DNA from: a virus
Lineage: Duplodnaviria > Caudoviricetes
Virus record (IMG/VR): IMGVR_UViG_3300037963_002318
Span: 1-60,369 of that record
DNA: 60,369 bases
Reading direction: 5' to 3' (one strand)
The number at the start of each line of letters is the position of its first letter. Positions within the stretch are counted from its first letter, which is position 1. Under the pieces are notes generated by a model that saw nothing but the letters and a program-made list of their open reading frames with translations, did no database searches and was not told where the DNA came from. The translations under genes and the position numbers were made by a program. This document shows, piece by piece, positions 30,128-40,190 of this stretch.

Positions 30128-30658
30128 TCAATCAACAGTCCCCAAATGAGCCAATCTAGTTAGGCTTGCGGTTCCTCTTGCTCGAAGGACATTAGAGCGC
30201 ACCGGGTCGGAACCTGCGGTGTGGAATGCGGCTTCATCTTCAAGGTATATTGCCGCCGCTAAATCAGCACAAATCTCTCGGGCTATCTCCGCAAACTCCC
30301 CTTCTTGTACAGGGGATGCGGTATCATGTGCAAAGTCTATACCTGTGCAACCTGTTAGTGTGGCACCGCCTTTACCAGTCCACTTGAATGTGTCGCCATC
30401 TATGTTACCTGTTCCGGCAGTTGAAAAATCAGCGTTACTAACAAGTGTGATTGTAGTAGCACCTGCGCTAACTGCACCGTTTAATGTATTTGACGCTATG
30501 TATGAGGATGGGGCATCACGACCATAGTCACGGAATGACTGGTCTATCTCCACACCAGCCCTGCGGATAGCACTTGCTATACGAGTAGCGGCTCTATCAC
30601 GCTGGCCGGAATCAAGACCCAATCTAACTGAAACATCTGCCGCCGTACAATATCCCAT
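30128..30658 (-). CDS. head-tail adaptor with inserted beta domain
   Basis: YCTAADV...I..A..EID and ICADLAA adaptor signature, interrupted by an SAGATTITL beta segment. Confidence 0.6.
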   Translation of the reverse strand: MGYCTAADVSVRLGLDSGQRDRAATRIASAIRRAGVEIDQSFRDYGRDAPSSYIASNTLNGAVSAGATTITLVSNADFSTAGTGNIDGDTFKWTGKGGATLTGCTGIDFAHDTASPVQEGEFAEIAREICADLAAAIYLEDEAAFHTAGSDPVRSNVLRARGTASLTRLAHLGTVD

Positions 30659-30666
30659 ATTATCAC

Positions 30667-30873
30667 CTACAAAATCAAACTACCCACATCAACGCCGAAG
30701 GATGCCGCAATAAAGATAATTAGTATTCGTACACTGCCGTGTAGTTTGGCAAGTGATACCATCATCTCCGTCTGAGCCTCTCCCATTTTTTCCAATAATT
30801 CCTCATGCTTTTCTATGCGCTTTTCGATATTATCGAGGCGCACACCATGAGTGGTTCTTGACATGGAAATCAC
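30667..30873 (-). CDS. small coiled-coil plus TM protein (holin/XhlA-like)
   Basis: RLDNIEKRIEKHE coil followed by a C-terminal hydrophobic helix. Confidence 0.5.
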   Translation of the reverse strand: MISMSRTTHGVRLDNIEKRIEKHEELLEKMGEAQTEMMVSLAKLHGSVRILIIFIAASFGVDVGSLIL

Positions 30874-31055
30874 TCCTTCTTTTCATCCATGACATCATCC
30901 ACGACTTCTTTAATGTCGTCAACTATGTCACCTAATTCGTCAAGGGTGATTTTACCATCATCAAGGTAATATCGCTTGTATATCTGATATGCGCCAGTAA
31001 CGACTATTCCCGCTATTCCCACATATAATGCTATTGTTGTTATATCCATTTTCAA
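30870..31055 (-). CDS. small membrane protein
   Basis: N-terminal TM helix, acidic tail DDGKITLDEL. Confidence 0.55.
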   Translation of the reverse strand: MKMDITTIALYVGIAGIVVTGAYQIYKRYYLDDGKITLDELGDIVDDIKEVVDDVMDEKKE

Positions 31056-31216
31056 TCATCTCTATATTCTATTTGTTTTACTGCCGAGGTCGGTATAAAA
31101 GTAAAAGGCTTGCTTTCGCCGGGCCTATACACTGCGTAGCCGTGGTCTGTCTTTTCAATGTTCACATTGGTATAACATCTCTCGGGAGGCTGATACACTA
31201 CTTTGCCTTTACGCAT
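31052..31216 (-). CDS. small hypothetical protein (54 aa, not in ORF track)
   Basis: Hand translation MRKGKVVYQPPERCYTNV...IEYRDD; coupled to neighbours. Confidence 0.5.
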   Translation of the reverse strand: MRKGKVVYQPPERCYTNVNIEKTDHGYAVYRPGESKPFTFIPTSAVKQIEYRDD

Positions 31217-31319
31217 TCTTTTCACCTGTAATTAAGTCCTTCTTTTGCTGTTTTTCGGCTCTATCTAAGTCCTTTGACTTTGCATCAAACCACGCATCTA
31301 ACATTTTACATCTTGTCAT
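31209..31319 (-). CDS. small hypothetical protein (36 aa, not in ORF track)
   Basis: MTRCKMLDAWFDAKSKDLDRAEKQQKKDLITGEKNA after a GGTGA RBS. Confidence 0.4.
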   Translation of the reverse strand: MTRCKMLDAWFDAKSKDLDRAEKQQKKDLITGEKNA

Positions 31320-31328
31320 TCAATCACC

Positions 31329-33323
31329 TTAACTTGTAATAAACGCTGGAATGAAAACTAGCGTTCCATCATTTAATGTTACTGGGCCAATAAACCCGTA
31401 TGGGACTAAACCTAAAGCCGCATTATCGGGGACTGCTGAGAATGCCGGGGCGACAGGGGCGGGTGCGCCTGCAAAATCGGCATTGATTGTAACTGCGCCT
31501 GTTGCGCCGCTAACTGTTACATTTGTGCCAGCAACATTTGAAGTTACACCTGTATTATTGATTGTTACTGCCCCTGTTGCACCACTGACACCTATACCTG
31601 TTCCCGCTACATTTGAAGTTACGCCTGTGTTTGTAACTGTCAAAGTATCAGTAGCCGAAGCCGCAGTTGAGATACCTGTACCGCCTGCAATATCAACGGT
31701 ATTACCATCAGTAATACTTTGATTAGCACCGCTATCGCCACTCAAAGTCCAAGAAGTCATGCCTCCGCCACCACCGCCACCACTGGCAAGTAGGTCATGG
31801 TCTGTACCACTTTCGTCAGTAAAGTATAGTTTATTGTCACTAGATTTGACCCATATTTGACCGAATCCAGTAGCAGGTGTCAAAGGATGGTCGCTAGTGT
31901 CAGTCAATTTTATTCCTTCGTCTGCGTGTAATATGCTATTTGTTATATCAAAAGTCAAATTGTTGTCACTGATAAACTTGCCAGCGTGGTCTGATAATTG
32001 GACATTACCACCTGTACCATGAGAGGGAGTTATTGGGAAACTGTCACTAACTACTGAAGTGTAAATACCATCTGCTATTTGTGAATAATTCCAAGAGCCT
32101 TTTATTATTGGCCTTCTAACTGTGGTTATCACTGAAGTTTCATTAGTGGCTACTTGGTGTGGGCCCTCAAGTGAGGCACCGCTTTCTATTGTCAAATTGT
32201 TAAGGCTTAATGTTCTGCCCGAAGCGATAGTCGCTTTCCTACCTGCGGTACCATCGGTTCTTATGACAACACCATACCATATGCCTTTGAAAGAGCCATC
32301 ATTAGCACCGTATGAAGTGGAACCACTAACAGGAAATGTAAAGGTAGCACTGTTTATAGTAAAATCAAATGTAGCAAGGCCAGCGTCAAATGTATTTCCA
32401 TTGTAGTCAAATGTTGAAGTAGTTAGTAATTTGAAAACTTTACTTGCATCATTTTTTGGGCTATTTCTAGTACCAGCAAATGTAACTCCAGTATTTGTTA
32501 ACTGTAAAGAATACATAGTAACTGCGCCATGCACAGTTGATGTAGGTGCCCTATGATAATCCGGCCTAAAGGTATGTGCTACCGCAGATGTGACTTTTGG
32601 ATATGGCCCATCATCAAAGTAAATATTTACACCAGTTGATATACCCGAACCAAAATCATAAGTAATATCGTCTTGATTGTAAATAACGGCATACTCGCCG
32701 TTTGTAACCCATCTATTATCTGCATTAGGTAGCCCTGTGAATGTGATAGTGGAGTTTGCCCCTCTAGTATTCTTTAATGCTCCATCAAGAGCAAGTGCCG
32801 TTTGTGCTGATGAAGTATTGCCAAGCGTGACATCGGTGTAAATATCAATAGATGATTCAGAAGATATTGTGACGCTAGGCCCAGCCGACTCATTAGCCGA
32901 AACTGAATTAATAGTCATTATATTGTTTGATATGGCAGTAATGTAAAAAGAACCACTATTACCAGCAGAACCCGCTATTGTTATGTACATTCCTACTCTA
33001 AAGCCCAATGGTTCAAAATTATTGACTGAATCTGTCAATGTATTAGCGGTGCTATCAAACACTATTGTAGTTGTAGTTAATGAAGTTTCATACTTGTATT
33101 CGGGATTAACAGTAATGCTTTGTACTTGACCTATGTCCCACCTACATACTGCATTACCTTTGTTTGACTTCATTGTTAAAGCGTCGCCAAACACACAATC
33201 ATCTGTTGCACCGGGAACGCCTGTTGAACCACTACCGTCTGCGGCAGTATTCCAATTAGCGGCAGTGTTAGCAGTTAACGCAGTACCGCTAGTTTGATTT
33301 GCTATCCAATACTTAGTAGCCAT
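31329..33323 (-). CDS. virion fibre/spike protein
   Basis: T/S/G-rich beta sequence, poly-Gly hinge, tandem 25-aa GVTSNVAGT repeats near the C-terminus. Confidence 0.65.
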   Translation of the reverse strand: MATKYWIANQTSGTALTANTAANWNTAADGSGSTGVPGATDDCVFGDALTMKSNKGNAVCRWDIGQVQSITVNPEYKYETSLTTTTIVFDSTANTLTDSVNNFEPLGFRVGMYITIAGSAGNSGSFYITAISNNIMTINSVSANESAGPSVTISSESSIDIYTDVTLGNTSSAQTALALDGALKNTRGANSTITFTGLPNADNRWVTNGEYAVIYNQDDITYDFGSGISTGVNIYFDDGPYPKVTSAVAHTFRPDYHRAPTSTVHGAVTMYSLQLTNTGVTFAGTRNSPKNDASKVFKLLTTSTFDYNGNTFDAGLATFDFTINSATFTFPVSGSTSYGANDGSFKGIWYGVVIRTDGTAGRKATIASGRTLSLNNLTIESGASLEGPHQVATNETSVITTVRRPIIKGSWNYSQIADGIYTSVVSDSFPITPSHGTGGNVQLSDHAGKFISDNNLTFDITNSILHADEGIKLTDTSDHPLTPATGFGQIWVKSSDNKLYFTDESGTDHDLLASGGGGGGGMTSWTLSGDSGANQSITDGNTVDIAGGTGISTAASATDTLTVTNTGVTSNVAGTGIGVSGATGAVTINNTGVTSNVAGTNVTVSGATGAVTINADFAGAPAPVAPAFSAVPDNAALGLVPYGFIGPVTLNDGTLVFIPAFITS

Positions 33324-33329
33324 TTAGCA

Positions 33330-33731
33330 TCAACTCGATGATAGACGAGTTGTTGTTGAGCCACTTGCGAATGCTGAACCTTCACCTTCTGAAACTAATT
33401 TCAGTGCTTGGTCTGCCCTTGTTTGAAAGGTCTTAATCTGTTCAGCAAACCGGCGGTCATATACACTACGCTCATCTTCGCTATAATATGTCGCCACCGT
33501 ATTGATTAGGATATTTAGGCAGTCAAGAGCAACCAGCATTTTGATTGCTCCTTCTTTGAGGTCAGTAGTAACTTGGTTATCAGCAGTAACACCGTAGCGG
33601 GAGCCTCGAGCAACCTTATTAACTTCATTAGTGCGAATAGTAATCATTTCACTAATGGTTCCTTCGTTTAGACCCTTTGGCCTGTTAAGAAGGTCACGAA
33701 TGTTATCAGTCGTTACTGCCATCAGTCCCAC
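33330..33731 (-). CDS. head completion/adaptor protein
   Basis: Helical 133-aa protein (VTTDNIRDLL...) two genes after the capsid gene. Confidence 0.5.
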   Translation of the reverse strand: MGLMAVTTDNIRDLLNRPKGLNEGTISEMITIRTNEVNKVARGSRYGVTADNQVTTDLKEGAIKMLVALDCLNILINTVATYYSEDERSVYDRRFAEQIKTFQTRADQALKLVSEGEGSAFASGSTTTRLSSS

Positions 33732-34062
33732 CTACACCCCATCTGTCGTTAAAGTCTTTTGGAACATCGAGGACTACGGAGTCTTGGGGTATGAGAGTTG
33801 AACGCCCTATGATATACACCAACTGTGACTCAGCAATCATCTCAGCAAACCTACTGTTTGGCACCCAGTATAGGGTTTCAAACTCCAATAGATTTGCTGG
33901 ATTACCGGGCTTGCGGGATGGCGGGATGGCTAACCTAAATAGGAAGCCATTCCCGTCAATCCAGTGTTCCGCCATATGGCGTAAATCAGCAACCTTTGTA
34001 TTCAAGGTTGGCGTAATCCCCTTAGCCTTTAGTGCTTTGAGTAGTTTAGTCTTGTCAGACAA
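33706..34062 (-). CDS. hypothetical protein with N-terminal HeH/Rho-N-like motif
   Basis: KTKLLKALKAKGI...KVADL; follows the capsid gene. Confidence 0.5.
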   Translation of the reverse strand: MSDKTKLLKALKAKGITPTLNTKVADLRHMAEHWIDGNGFLFRLAIPPSRKPGNPANLLEFETLYWVPNSRFAEMIAESQLVYIIGRSTLIPQDSVVLDVPKDFNDRWGVGGTDGSND

Positions 34063-34075
34063 GTAAAACCCTCAA

Positions 34076-35002
34076 TCACAGGCAACCGGTGATAGTGCAG
34101 ATTCTCATGTTCTTGCCAGCCGCCGCACCGTCTTGGTGTTCGTGGATGACGCTACCCATGTAGGAGGTTAGAAGCCATGAGAAACCGACACCCTCGATAC
34201 GAGTCAATTCGGTCTCTTGGAATCCAGCACCGTTGTATTGGAAAAACTCAGCAGTTTCAGCACCCGGTACCATTAGAATAGCACCGACTGTTCCAGCACC
34301 AGCAGCAGGGATAGCGTTTGTGCCACCGTAGTCACGGGTGTAATAAACATCAAGTCCGATTTGAGAGTTTAGTCTCTCTTGTAGGGACATCAATACATTG
34401 GTGTAAAGGCGTGTGTTTAGCATGTCGCCTCTCAATTCAGCAGGTAGGACTAGAGCAAGTCTTTCGTTACCGGAAACTCTTGCGTTCTTGAAAATCTTGT
34501 CCATAGCGTTTAGGACATCTGCCTCCGGGTCTGCTCCACCAGCACTCCATAGTGCAGTAGCCGCTTGAGCCTGTCCAGCACCAGCAACCAACTTTGTTAG
34601 AATGTGGTTGTCAATTAGGTCTGCTCTTGCTTGGATGATAGCCATTTGTTGACGGTTCATGTTTTCCCATGTTTCGCCACGAAGTAGTGTGGAGTCAAGG
34701 AAAACACATCGGCCCTGTCCCTTCTCAAGTTTAACTGAGTAGTTTTCAGTGCCAATCTTGGTCGGGTCAACAACTGCGTTGTCATCAAGTGGGTAGGAGA
34801 AGGTTCCGCTTGCACCAGTGTACCATGTGAAGGTCAACCAGTTAACATTACGGGTTCCAACTAACTTTGTTCCAATAGCAATTGTAGTGGACTGAAGTTG
34901 GATAAAGTCTCTAAGTGTTTGTTCTAATACTGCGTCACCCTTGCCGAATGGGCCAGTTGCCGCAGATACATTCAAGATTTTTTCTAAAGATTCGTTTGCC
35001 AT
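34076..35002 (-). CDS. major capsid protein (HK97 fold)
   Basis: 308 aa after the protease/scaffold and decoration genes; spine-helix-like segment (QARADLIDNHIL). Confidence 0.75.
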   Translation of the reverse strand: MANESLEKILNVSAATGPFGKGDAVLEQTLRDFIQLQSTTIAIGTKLVGTRNVNWLTFTWYTGASGTFSYPLDDNAVVDPTKIGTENYSVKLEKGQGRCVFLDSTLLRGETWENMNRQQMAIIQARADLIDNHILTKLVAGAGQAQAATALWSAGGADPEADVLNAMDKIFKNARVSGNERLALVLPAELRGDMLNTRLYTNVLMSLQERLNSQIGLDVYYTRDYGGTNAIPAAGAGTVGAILMVPGAETAEFFQYNGAGFQETELTRIEGVGFSWLLTSYMGSVIHEHQDGAAAGKNMRICTITGCL

Positions 35003-35021
35003 TTTTCATCATCTCCTAATA

Positions 35022-35432
35022 TTAAGCCGCCCTACAAAGGACAGGAATCAAATCTCCGCTAGCAGGGGTTATTCCATCTTCACCCATGTAGTAGCCTACA
35101 AACTTTGCGCCTGTGGAAGTAGTGTGAACGAATCCATCGTTGTTGTCATCAACATACAATGATTCTCCGGTCTTTAGCACACCGCCGCCAACACACTTAA
35201 TCATTTGAACACCGGTCAAAGGAACGATAGATACTGTTCCTGTTCCAGCCGCTTCAAGTGCGCCGCTTGCATCTCTGCTCGATTCGTCAATTGTTACACC
35301 GATTGGTACATCTGCTTTCGCAGTTGTAATCATAATACCAGCCGCATTATACTTGACAAGCAAGCCCATGCTGGCAAAGGTATTCTGAATGTCCGCACAG
35401 TTAACAGGGTCTAATCCGCTATACATACTCAT
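35022..35432 (-). CDS. capsid decoration/cement protein
   Basis: Gly-rich 136-aa beta protein (PIGV, GESLYV..G, FVGY, GDLIPV) just upstream of the capsid gene. Confidence 0.65.
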   Translation of the reverse strand: MSMYSGLDPVNCADIQNTFASMGLLVKYNAAGIMITTAKADVPIGVTIDESSRDASGALEAAGTGTVSIVPLTGVQMIKCVGGGVLKTGESLYVDDNNDGFVHTTSTGAKFVGYYMGEDGITPASGDLIPVLCRAA

Positions 35433-35448
35433 TTTTCATCATCTCCAT

Positions 35449-37713
35449 TTAGTTTTTTAATTCCTCATACCTTAGTGCAGGTGTTTCATCAGATGCGATA
35501 AAGCCGTTGTAGGCATTTACCCAACTGTTGTAGCATCTTGCGTATAGGGACTGTGGGGACTCAACGAGTTGACCGTTGAGATAGTTTGCGACTACCGGTT
35601 CTTCTGATACTTCTTCAGAAGCCTCGACAGGCTGAGAGGAAACGGACTCGACAGGTGCCATATCAATTACTGGCTCACTGACTGGTTCCGGGCGGGATGC
35701 CTCCCAAGAAGCAATCATGCTTTCAAGGGTTTCCATTGTAAAGTCATCGTGGCCGCTTAGTCCCAAATCTGAGGCTTTGCGTACCAATTCCATTCTATCT
35801 TCTTCTGCTCTTGCAGTTTCAGCCGCCTCGAACTCAGCGATTCGAGCCTTTTCTAAAACCAAAGAAGCCTTTAGTGCTTCAATTTCAGAAGCCAAGTTTT
35901 CCATTTCGTTAACATCATCGGTCATTATCTTCACCTTCGACTGAACAGGGCTACTATCGGTTTGATACTTAATAGTTTCATTTGCTTCAACCCTTTCGAC
36001 TTTTTCTATGTTAGCCTCGGGGTACGCCGGTCTGTGTACAATTGCTAAGTGGTCAAACTTGAAATCGTCTGCGAACCACATAGTAGGCCGACCGCCTTCG
36101 ACTTCTGCCTCAATAACTTCTGATGGGACACCTGTTCCGCCAATAGATACTCCGTAATCAGTCTTCATCCATAGGCCGGACTCAAGAGCCTCGAATAATT
36201 CCGGTCTGCGTACTTCTGCTACATACTTTACTATGTAGCCACCATTCCTTTCGTGATAGGAACCCTTTGTAACGGTTCCTACAATAGCCTCATCAACTCC
36301 ACCATTCATGTTACGAGTGAATCTGCCGTTCTGCGCTTTTGGATGATTTAATGTTACATCTGCGCCGACCATATCATCTGCCAGCCTCTTAGCCAATTCC
36401 GGCCTAATTCCCCATGAGTTTTTGTTAACTCCTTCATGGAATGCGGTTCCGCTAATTCTAATAATTGTTTCACCAGTAGTGGCTACAATAGAAGTTTCAA
36501 CTTCAAGAATGTCAATGTCCAAAGTAACTGCAACTCTAACGCATTTACCATCACGCATTTCCTTGCCGGGTGGACAGGTGTCACCATAGTCGCTCATGTA
36601 TTCATCCTTCTTTTTGTAACCTTCGACTTCTTCACGCTTCGGTGGAATGTCCTTGCCTTGGTTCTTTTCCATGTATTCTTCATGGGTCTTTCCGGGCATA
36701 TAGACCTTCATTCCATCTTCTTCATGTGTGTGTATGCCATCAAGCCCCATTTCCTTTGCTCTATCCATAGCCTCGCCCGGATTGTCAAATACATCTTTGC
36801 GAATCATCTTGGATATAAACTCCTCAAACATCTGCTCCTCAGAAGCCTTTCGTGGGTGTCCCTTTGGTAATAGGTCATTGTCTTGTGTGTATTTAGGATT
36901 AGATGGCTTGCCGCTTCTAACTAACTTTAGGAATGCGTTAACTCTTGCCATAGACCATGCGGCTCTTGAAACTCCGGGCCTGTGAGAAGTGGAGTATGCG
37001 CCTGCACCCCTACGATAAACTGCCTTGAGCATACCAAGTGTAACCTTTCTATCAGACTTTTCATTGTGTGCCGCTACCTTCTTTTTCAATGAGTTAGTAA
37101 CTGCTTCTGAAAAAGTAACCTTGCCGCTTGAATCTTTAGCAGAATCCTTTTTGTTTTTTGGAGAGCCTTTGATTCTATCTTTTTTAGGGGCTGGTGTGTC
37201 CGGGTCGCTTGCGCTAAGTGGTTCGTCATCACAACAGTCGCTACCGCAACCGCAATCTTCGTCAGCCTTTACCTTAGCACCACTGCGCCATTGATAGCAA
37301 GACCAGTATCGGGCTTTCCACTTTGGGCCGGGACTTGCACAATTATGCCTGTCACGGAACGCTTTGCGCCTCTTAGGGTCGTCACGCTTAATTTCCATGT
37401 TAGGGTCGCCAAAGCGAACTATGACTACTTTGCCGGATTCGTTTTTTGTATATACTGCAAACTTTTTGCTTTCGCCCGGTGTGCGGAATGGTTTGTTTAG
37501 TGTAACTTTGCGACCTTGATATTCAGCCGCCGTTACATCTTCTGCGCCCCAATCTTCGTATTCTTCTGAGGCGGTCTTATCTTTGTCATCAAAATAAGAA
37601 CTGCATACTGCGGCTCTTTGTTGAGGATTACCAAACTCGTCATTCATTTTATCATCGGCCATACAACGGCTCATAAAATCATCACGGCTTTCGCTGGGAT
37701 TAGGGGTTGGCAT
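35449..37713 (-). CDS. prohead protease/scaffold with several N-terminal accessory domains
   Basis: Protease-like core (HEGVNKN, LNHP, GVSIG, HLAIVHRPAYPEA) and an acidic coiled-coil scaffold tail. Confidence 0.75.
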   Translation of the reverse strand: MPTPNPSESRDDFMSRCMADDKMNDEFGNPQQRAAVCSSYFDDKDKTASEEYEDWGAEDVTAAEYQGRKVTLNKPFRTPGESKKFAVYTKNESGKVVIVRFGDPNMEIKRDDPKRRKAFRDRHNCASPGPKWKARYWSCYQWRSGAKVKADEDCGCGSDCCDDEPLSASDPDTPAPKKDRIKGSPKNKKDSAKDSSGKVTFSEAVTNSLKKKVAAHNEKSDRKVTLGMLKAVYRRGAGAYSTSHRPGVSRAAWSMARVNAFLKLVRSGKPSNPKYTQDNDLLPKGHPRKASEEQMFEEFISKMIRKDVFDNPGEAMDRAKEMGLDGIHTHEEDGMKVYMPGKTHEEYMEKNQGKDIPPKREEVEGYKKKDEYMSDYGDTCPPGKEMRDGKCVRVAVTLDIDILEVETSIVATTGETIIRISGTAFHEGVNKNSWGIRPELAKRLADDMVGADVTLNHPKAQNGRFTRNMNGGVDEAIVGTVTKGSYHERNGGYIVKYVAEVRRPELFEALESGLWMKTDYGVSIGGTGVPSEVIEAEVEGGRPTMWFADDFKFDHLAIVHRPAYPEANIEKVERVEANETIKYQTDSSPVQSKVKIMTDDVNEMENLASEIEALKASLVLEKARIAEFEAAETARAEEDRMELVRKASDLGLSGHDDFTMETLESMIASWEASRPEPVSEPVIDMAPVESVSSQPVEASEEVSEEPVVANYLNGQLVESPQSLYARCYNSWVNAYNGFIASDETPALRYEELKN

Positions 37714-37724
37714 AACTACCTGTG

Positions 37725-38201
37725 TTAACGGTCTGACTTAATATCATTTCTCCATATTTGCTGGCCTTCTAAAACTATACTTTCGTATAACCAGTTGGGC
37801 ATCAAATCTTGAATATCTTCTGCGGTGTTGACTTTAGTGTAGCCTAATTTTGTTACAACCTTAACTAAGTTTTGCATTTGTGTATCTTCAATTGGATTGA
37901 TGACTGTTACTTTGCTTATGTTCTGCATATGTGGCGCATTGTTTCTATACTCTAATAGTAAAGTATGTAGTCCTTTGCCTCGCCAACCCCTACGAACATA
38001 AGTGTTGCCTACAAACGCATAATCACTACTCATTCGTAGGGATGATGTGTATGCTATGGGTAGTTTATCTTCATACAAAACCCAATAACAGGCTTTGTCA
38101 TAGATACCCGGATAACCTTTGTCACTGGCTCTTGGTAACTTCGAGCCCCAAGCATTCTCTAAACCTTCGTGTGTTAAGATATAATCAAAGTGCAGATTCA
38201 C
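37725..38201 (-). CDS. GNAT-family acetyltransferase
   Basis: Motif A TYVRRGWRGKGLHTLLL and KLGY motif B. Confidence 0.7.
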   Translation of the reverse strand: MNLHFDYILTHEGLENAWGSKLPRASDKGYPGIYDKACYWVLYEDKLPIAYTSSLRMSSDYAFVGNTYVRRGWRGKGLHTLLLEYRNNAPHMQNISKVTVINPIEDTQMQNLVKVVTKLGYTKVNTAEDIQDLMPNWLYESIVLEGQQIWRNDIKSDR

Positions 38202-38205
38202 TTTA

Positions 38206-38655
38206 TCACTTCTTTTTCTGAACAGGTTTTAGAGTAGCGACATTCAAATCGCTTCTTAGTTTATCCATTTCCTGTGAATGCTCTTGAGCCATTTGTGCAA
38301 GAAGGTGCTTGTGCTTTTGCTCTAACTTCTCTAATTCAATTACATGCTCTTTGTGCGCTCCGTCACGCTCTCGGTCATGCTTTAATTCAATAGGGATATT
38401 GTCAACTTCTTGAGTCTGCTCAGACTCCCACATACGCAACACAGTTTGTAACGCAGGTGCCGCAGTACCGCCAATAATAGCGATAAGTGCAATAAATCCA
38501 TCAAGATTCATCAACACAACATCGGGTTTCCATATACCCATAGCAACCACTGAACCACAGGCCATAAGCCATAGATAGATTGCTGGTATAACTGTGCGCT
38601 TTACCATACGGTCGTTAAACGACTGATTCTTTTTATTCTTCATTTGTTTCACCAT
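38206..38655 (-). CDS. two-TM membrane protein with coiled-coil tail
   Basis: Two hydrophobic helices followed by a His/Glu-rich coil. Confidence 0.55.
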   Translation of the reverse strand: MVKQMKNKKNQSFNDRMVKRTVIPAIYLWLMACGSVVAMGIWKPDVVLMNLDGFIALIAIIGGTAAPALQTVLRMWESEQTQEVDNIPIELKHDRERDGAHKEHVIELEKLEQKHKHLLAQMAQEHSQEMDKLRSDLNVATLKPVQKKK

Positions 38656-40033
38656 CCAAGTTTTCGGGCTTATTCTCGTTTTGCCGAGGCATCTCTCCCA
38701 TACCGGTCTTAGTCGGAGCCTTGTATCTTTGTTTGCCTAACTCGGGCGACTCTCTCGGTAGGTCTAATTCCATACGGGCTTCGTTTAAGGTAGTAATACC
38801 TGCTTCATAAGCCAACACGGTTCTTCGAGTTGTTTCAAACGGCGATTCTTCATCCATAGGGTCAAACTCCAATTTTGGTATATCTCCTTTTCGATGAGGA
38901 ATGCCAAGCAACTCTAAGTGCTTAGAGAATAAGCGTTGAATAGACTGTCCTAAAATTGTTTGTAATCTGCGGATAGATTGCACCGACCACTGAGAAGCGT
39001 TAAATGTAGCCGCAAAAGTTGAGCCACGCTCTTGACCCATAGAAACTCTTGGGACATGAAGCACTGCTGAAATGTCTGCATTAACATTGTCAAGGAATGT
39101 TGAATTATCCGGCACTGTATTTTTCAAATCCACAAACTCCATATTAACATAATGCGGTAGGATAGGCACTTGGTCTGAGCGTAGTCCATCAAGAAGTGAG
39201 CCCACGCTATCCATAATATTTTCAAGGCGTTCTGCGGCTTCATCGGGGTCTTGGATATTTTCAATAGCCTCGGGGCCAATAGTGATGTATTGCTTTGTCA
39301 GACTATCTTCGAGTGCAATACGATTATTCATACTGTTATACTTAGCACGAATCGCTTGCTTTAGTGCGGAGAAGCGGGATGCACCCCATACACCGTATGT
39401 CCAGCGACCCATTCTATCCATATACCAGTGAGAGCGATAGTCAATCTTAATGTGCATGATTTCCTTCACAGAATACTTCGCTTTGTTTGGTGCGTTTTCC
39501 TTATACAAGTAAAACTTAGGTTCATAGATAGCGTATTCTTTTGTAGCCGAGAATGGTATCTTTCTATCATCAACAATAGTGACTTGGCTAACAGGTAGTG
39601 ATTGTATTGCAGTTATACCAACCCCCGATTTACCTACCAATTTGTTAATATCATTTCCATAAACCATCAAATTACGCATGGCATTTATCAGGAAATCGTC
39701 GAAATCAAGAACATCTTCTGTCAAATCTTTGATTGCGGTTCTAATTTGTGCGTTGCGCCCACCAACTAATCGGTATTTGTTTGCAGTTAGGCTGATAGTC
39801 CTAACTGCTCCGTTTAATTCGGGGTCAAAGTTAAGCATGTCATCGTATAAATCAAACTCATTTGTGTTGTTAAATGTAGTTTGGGTCATATCTTCAGTAT
39901 CTTTTACGATATTGCTAATACCAGCAGACATAATTTCAAATGGAGTTTTCATTCCTTTACCTGTTGTTACCTTAATTGGTACCGGTTCTGCCGCCACGAC
40001 AGAAGTTTTTTTGAAAGGGTTCCACCATGCCAT
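38633..40033 (-). CDS. portal protein
   Basis: 466 aa after terminase; MRNLMVYGN, IMHIK, ISAVLHVP, GITTLNEARMEL portal-like motifs. Confidence 0.85.
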   Translation of the reverse strand: MAWWNPFKKTSVVAAEPVPIKVTTGKGMKTPFEIMSAGISNIVKDTEDMTQTTFNNTNEFDLYDDMLNFDPELNGAVRTISLTANKYRLVGGRNAQIRTAIKDLTEDVLDFDDFLINAMRNLMVYGNDINKLVGKSGVGITAIQSLPVSQVTIVDDRKIPFSATKEYAIYEPKFYLYKENAPNKAKYSVKEIMHIKIDYRSHWYMDRMGRWTYGVWGASRFSALKQAIRAKYNSMNNRIALEDSLTKQYITIGPEAIENIQDPDEAAERLENIMDSVGSLLDGLRSDQVPILPHYVNMEFVDLKNTVPDNSTFLDNVNADISAVLHVPRVSMGQERGSTFAATFNASQWSVQSIRRLQTILGQSIQRLFSKHLELLGIPHRKGDIPKLEFDPMDEESPFETTRRTVLAYEAGITTLNEARMELDLPRESPELGKQRYKAPTKTGMGEMPRQNENKPENLDGETNEE

Positions 40034-40060
40034 GCAATTACCTACTTATCGTGCGTTATT

Positions 40061-40186
40061 TCAAGGTTCAGTGTCCCAAATAGACTTTTTTCGCTTTTTG
40101 CGTTTATACACCCACACCGCAACCCCGAGCCAAAACAGGACTTCTAAAATTATGAGACCGATTCCTATGTCAAATATCTCATCCAT
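40061..40186 (-). CDS. small single-TM protein (41 aa, not in ORF track)
   Basis: MDEIFDIGIGLIILEVLFWLGVAVWVYKRKKRKKSIWDTEP. Confidence 0.5.
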   Translation of the reverse strand: MDEIFDIGIGLIILEVLFWLGVAVWVYKRKKRKKSIWDTEP

Positions 40187-40190
40187 TCAA

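Noticed and set aside
31485-31640. 75-bp tandem repeats in the fibre gene
   Set aside because: Ordinary 25-aa fibre repeats diverged at synonymous sites, not a DNA-level element.
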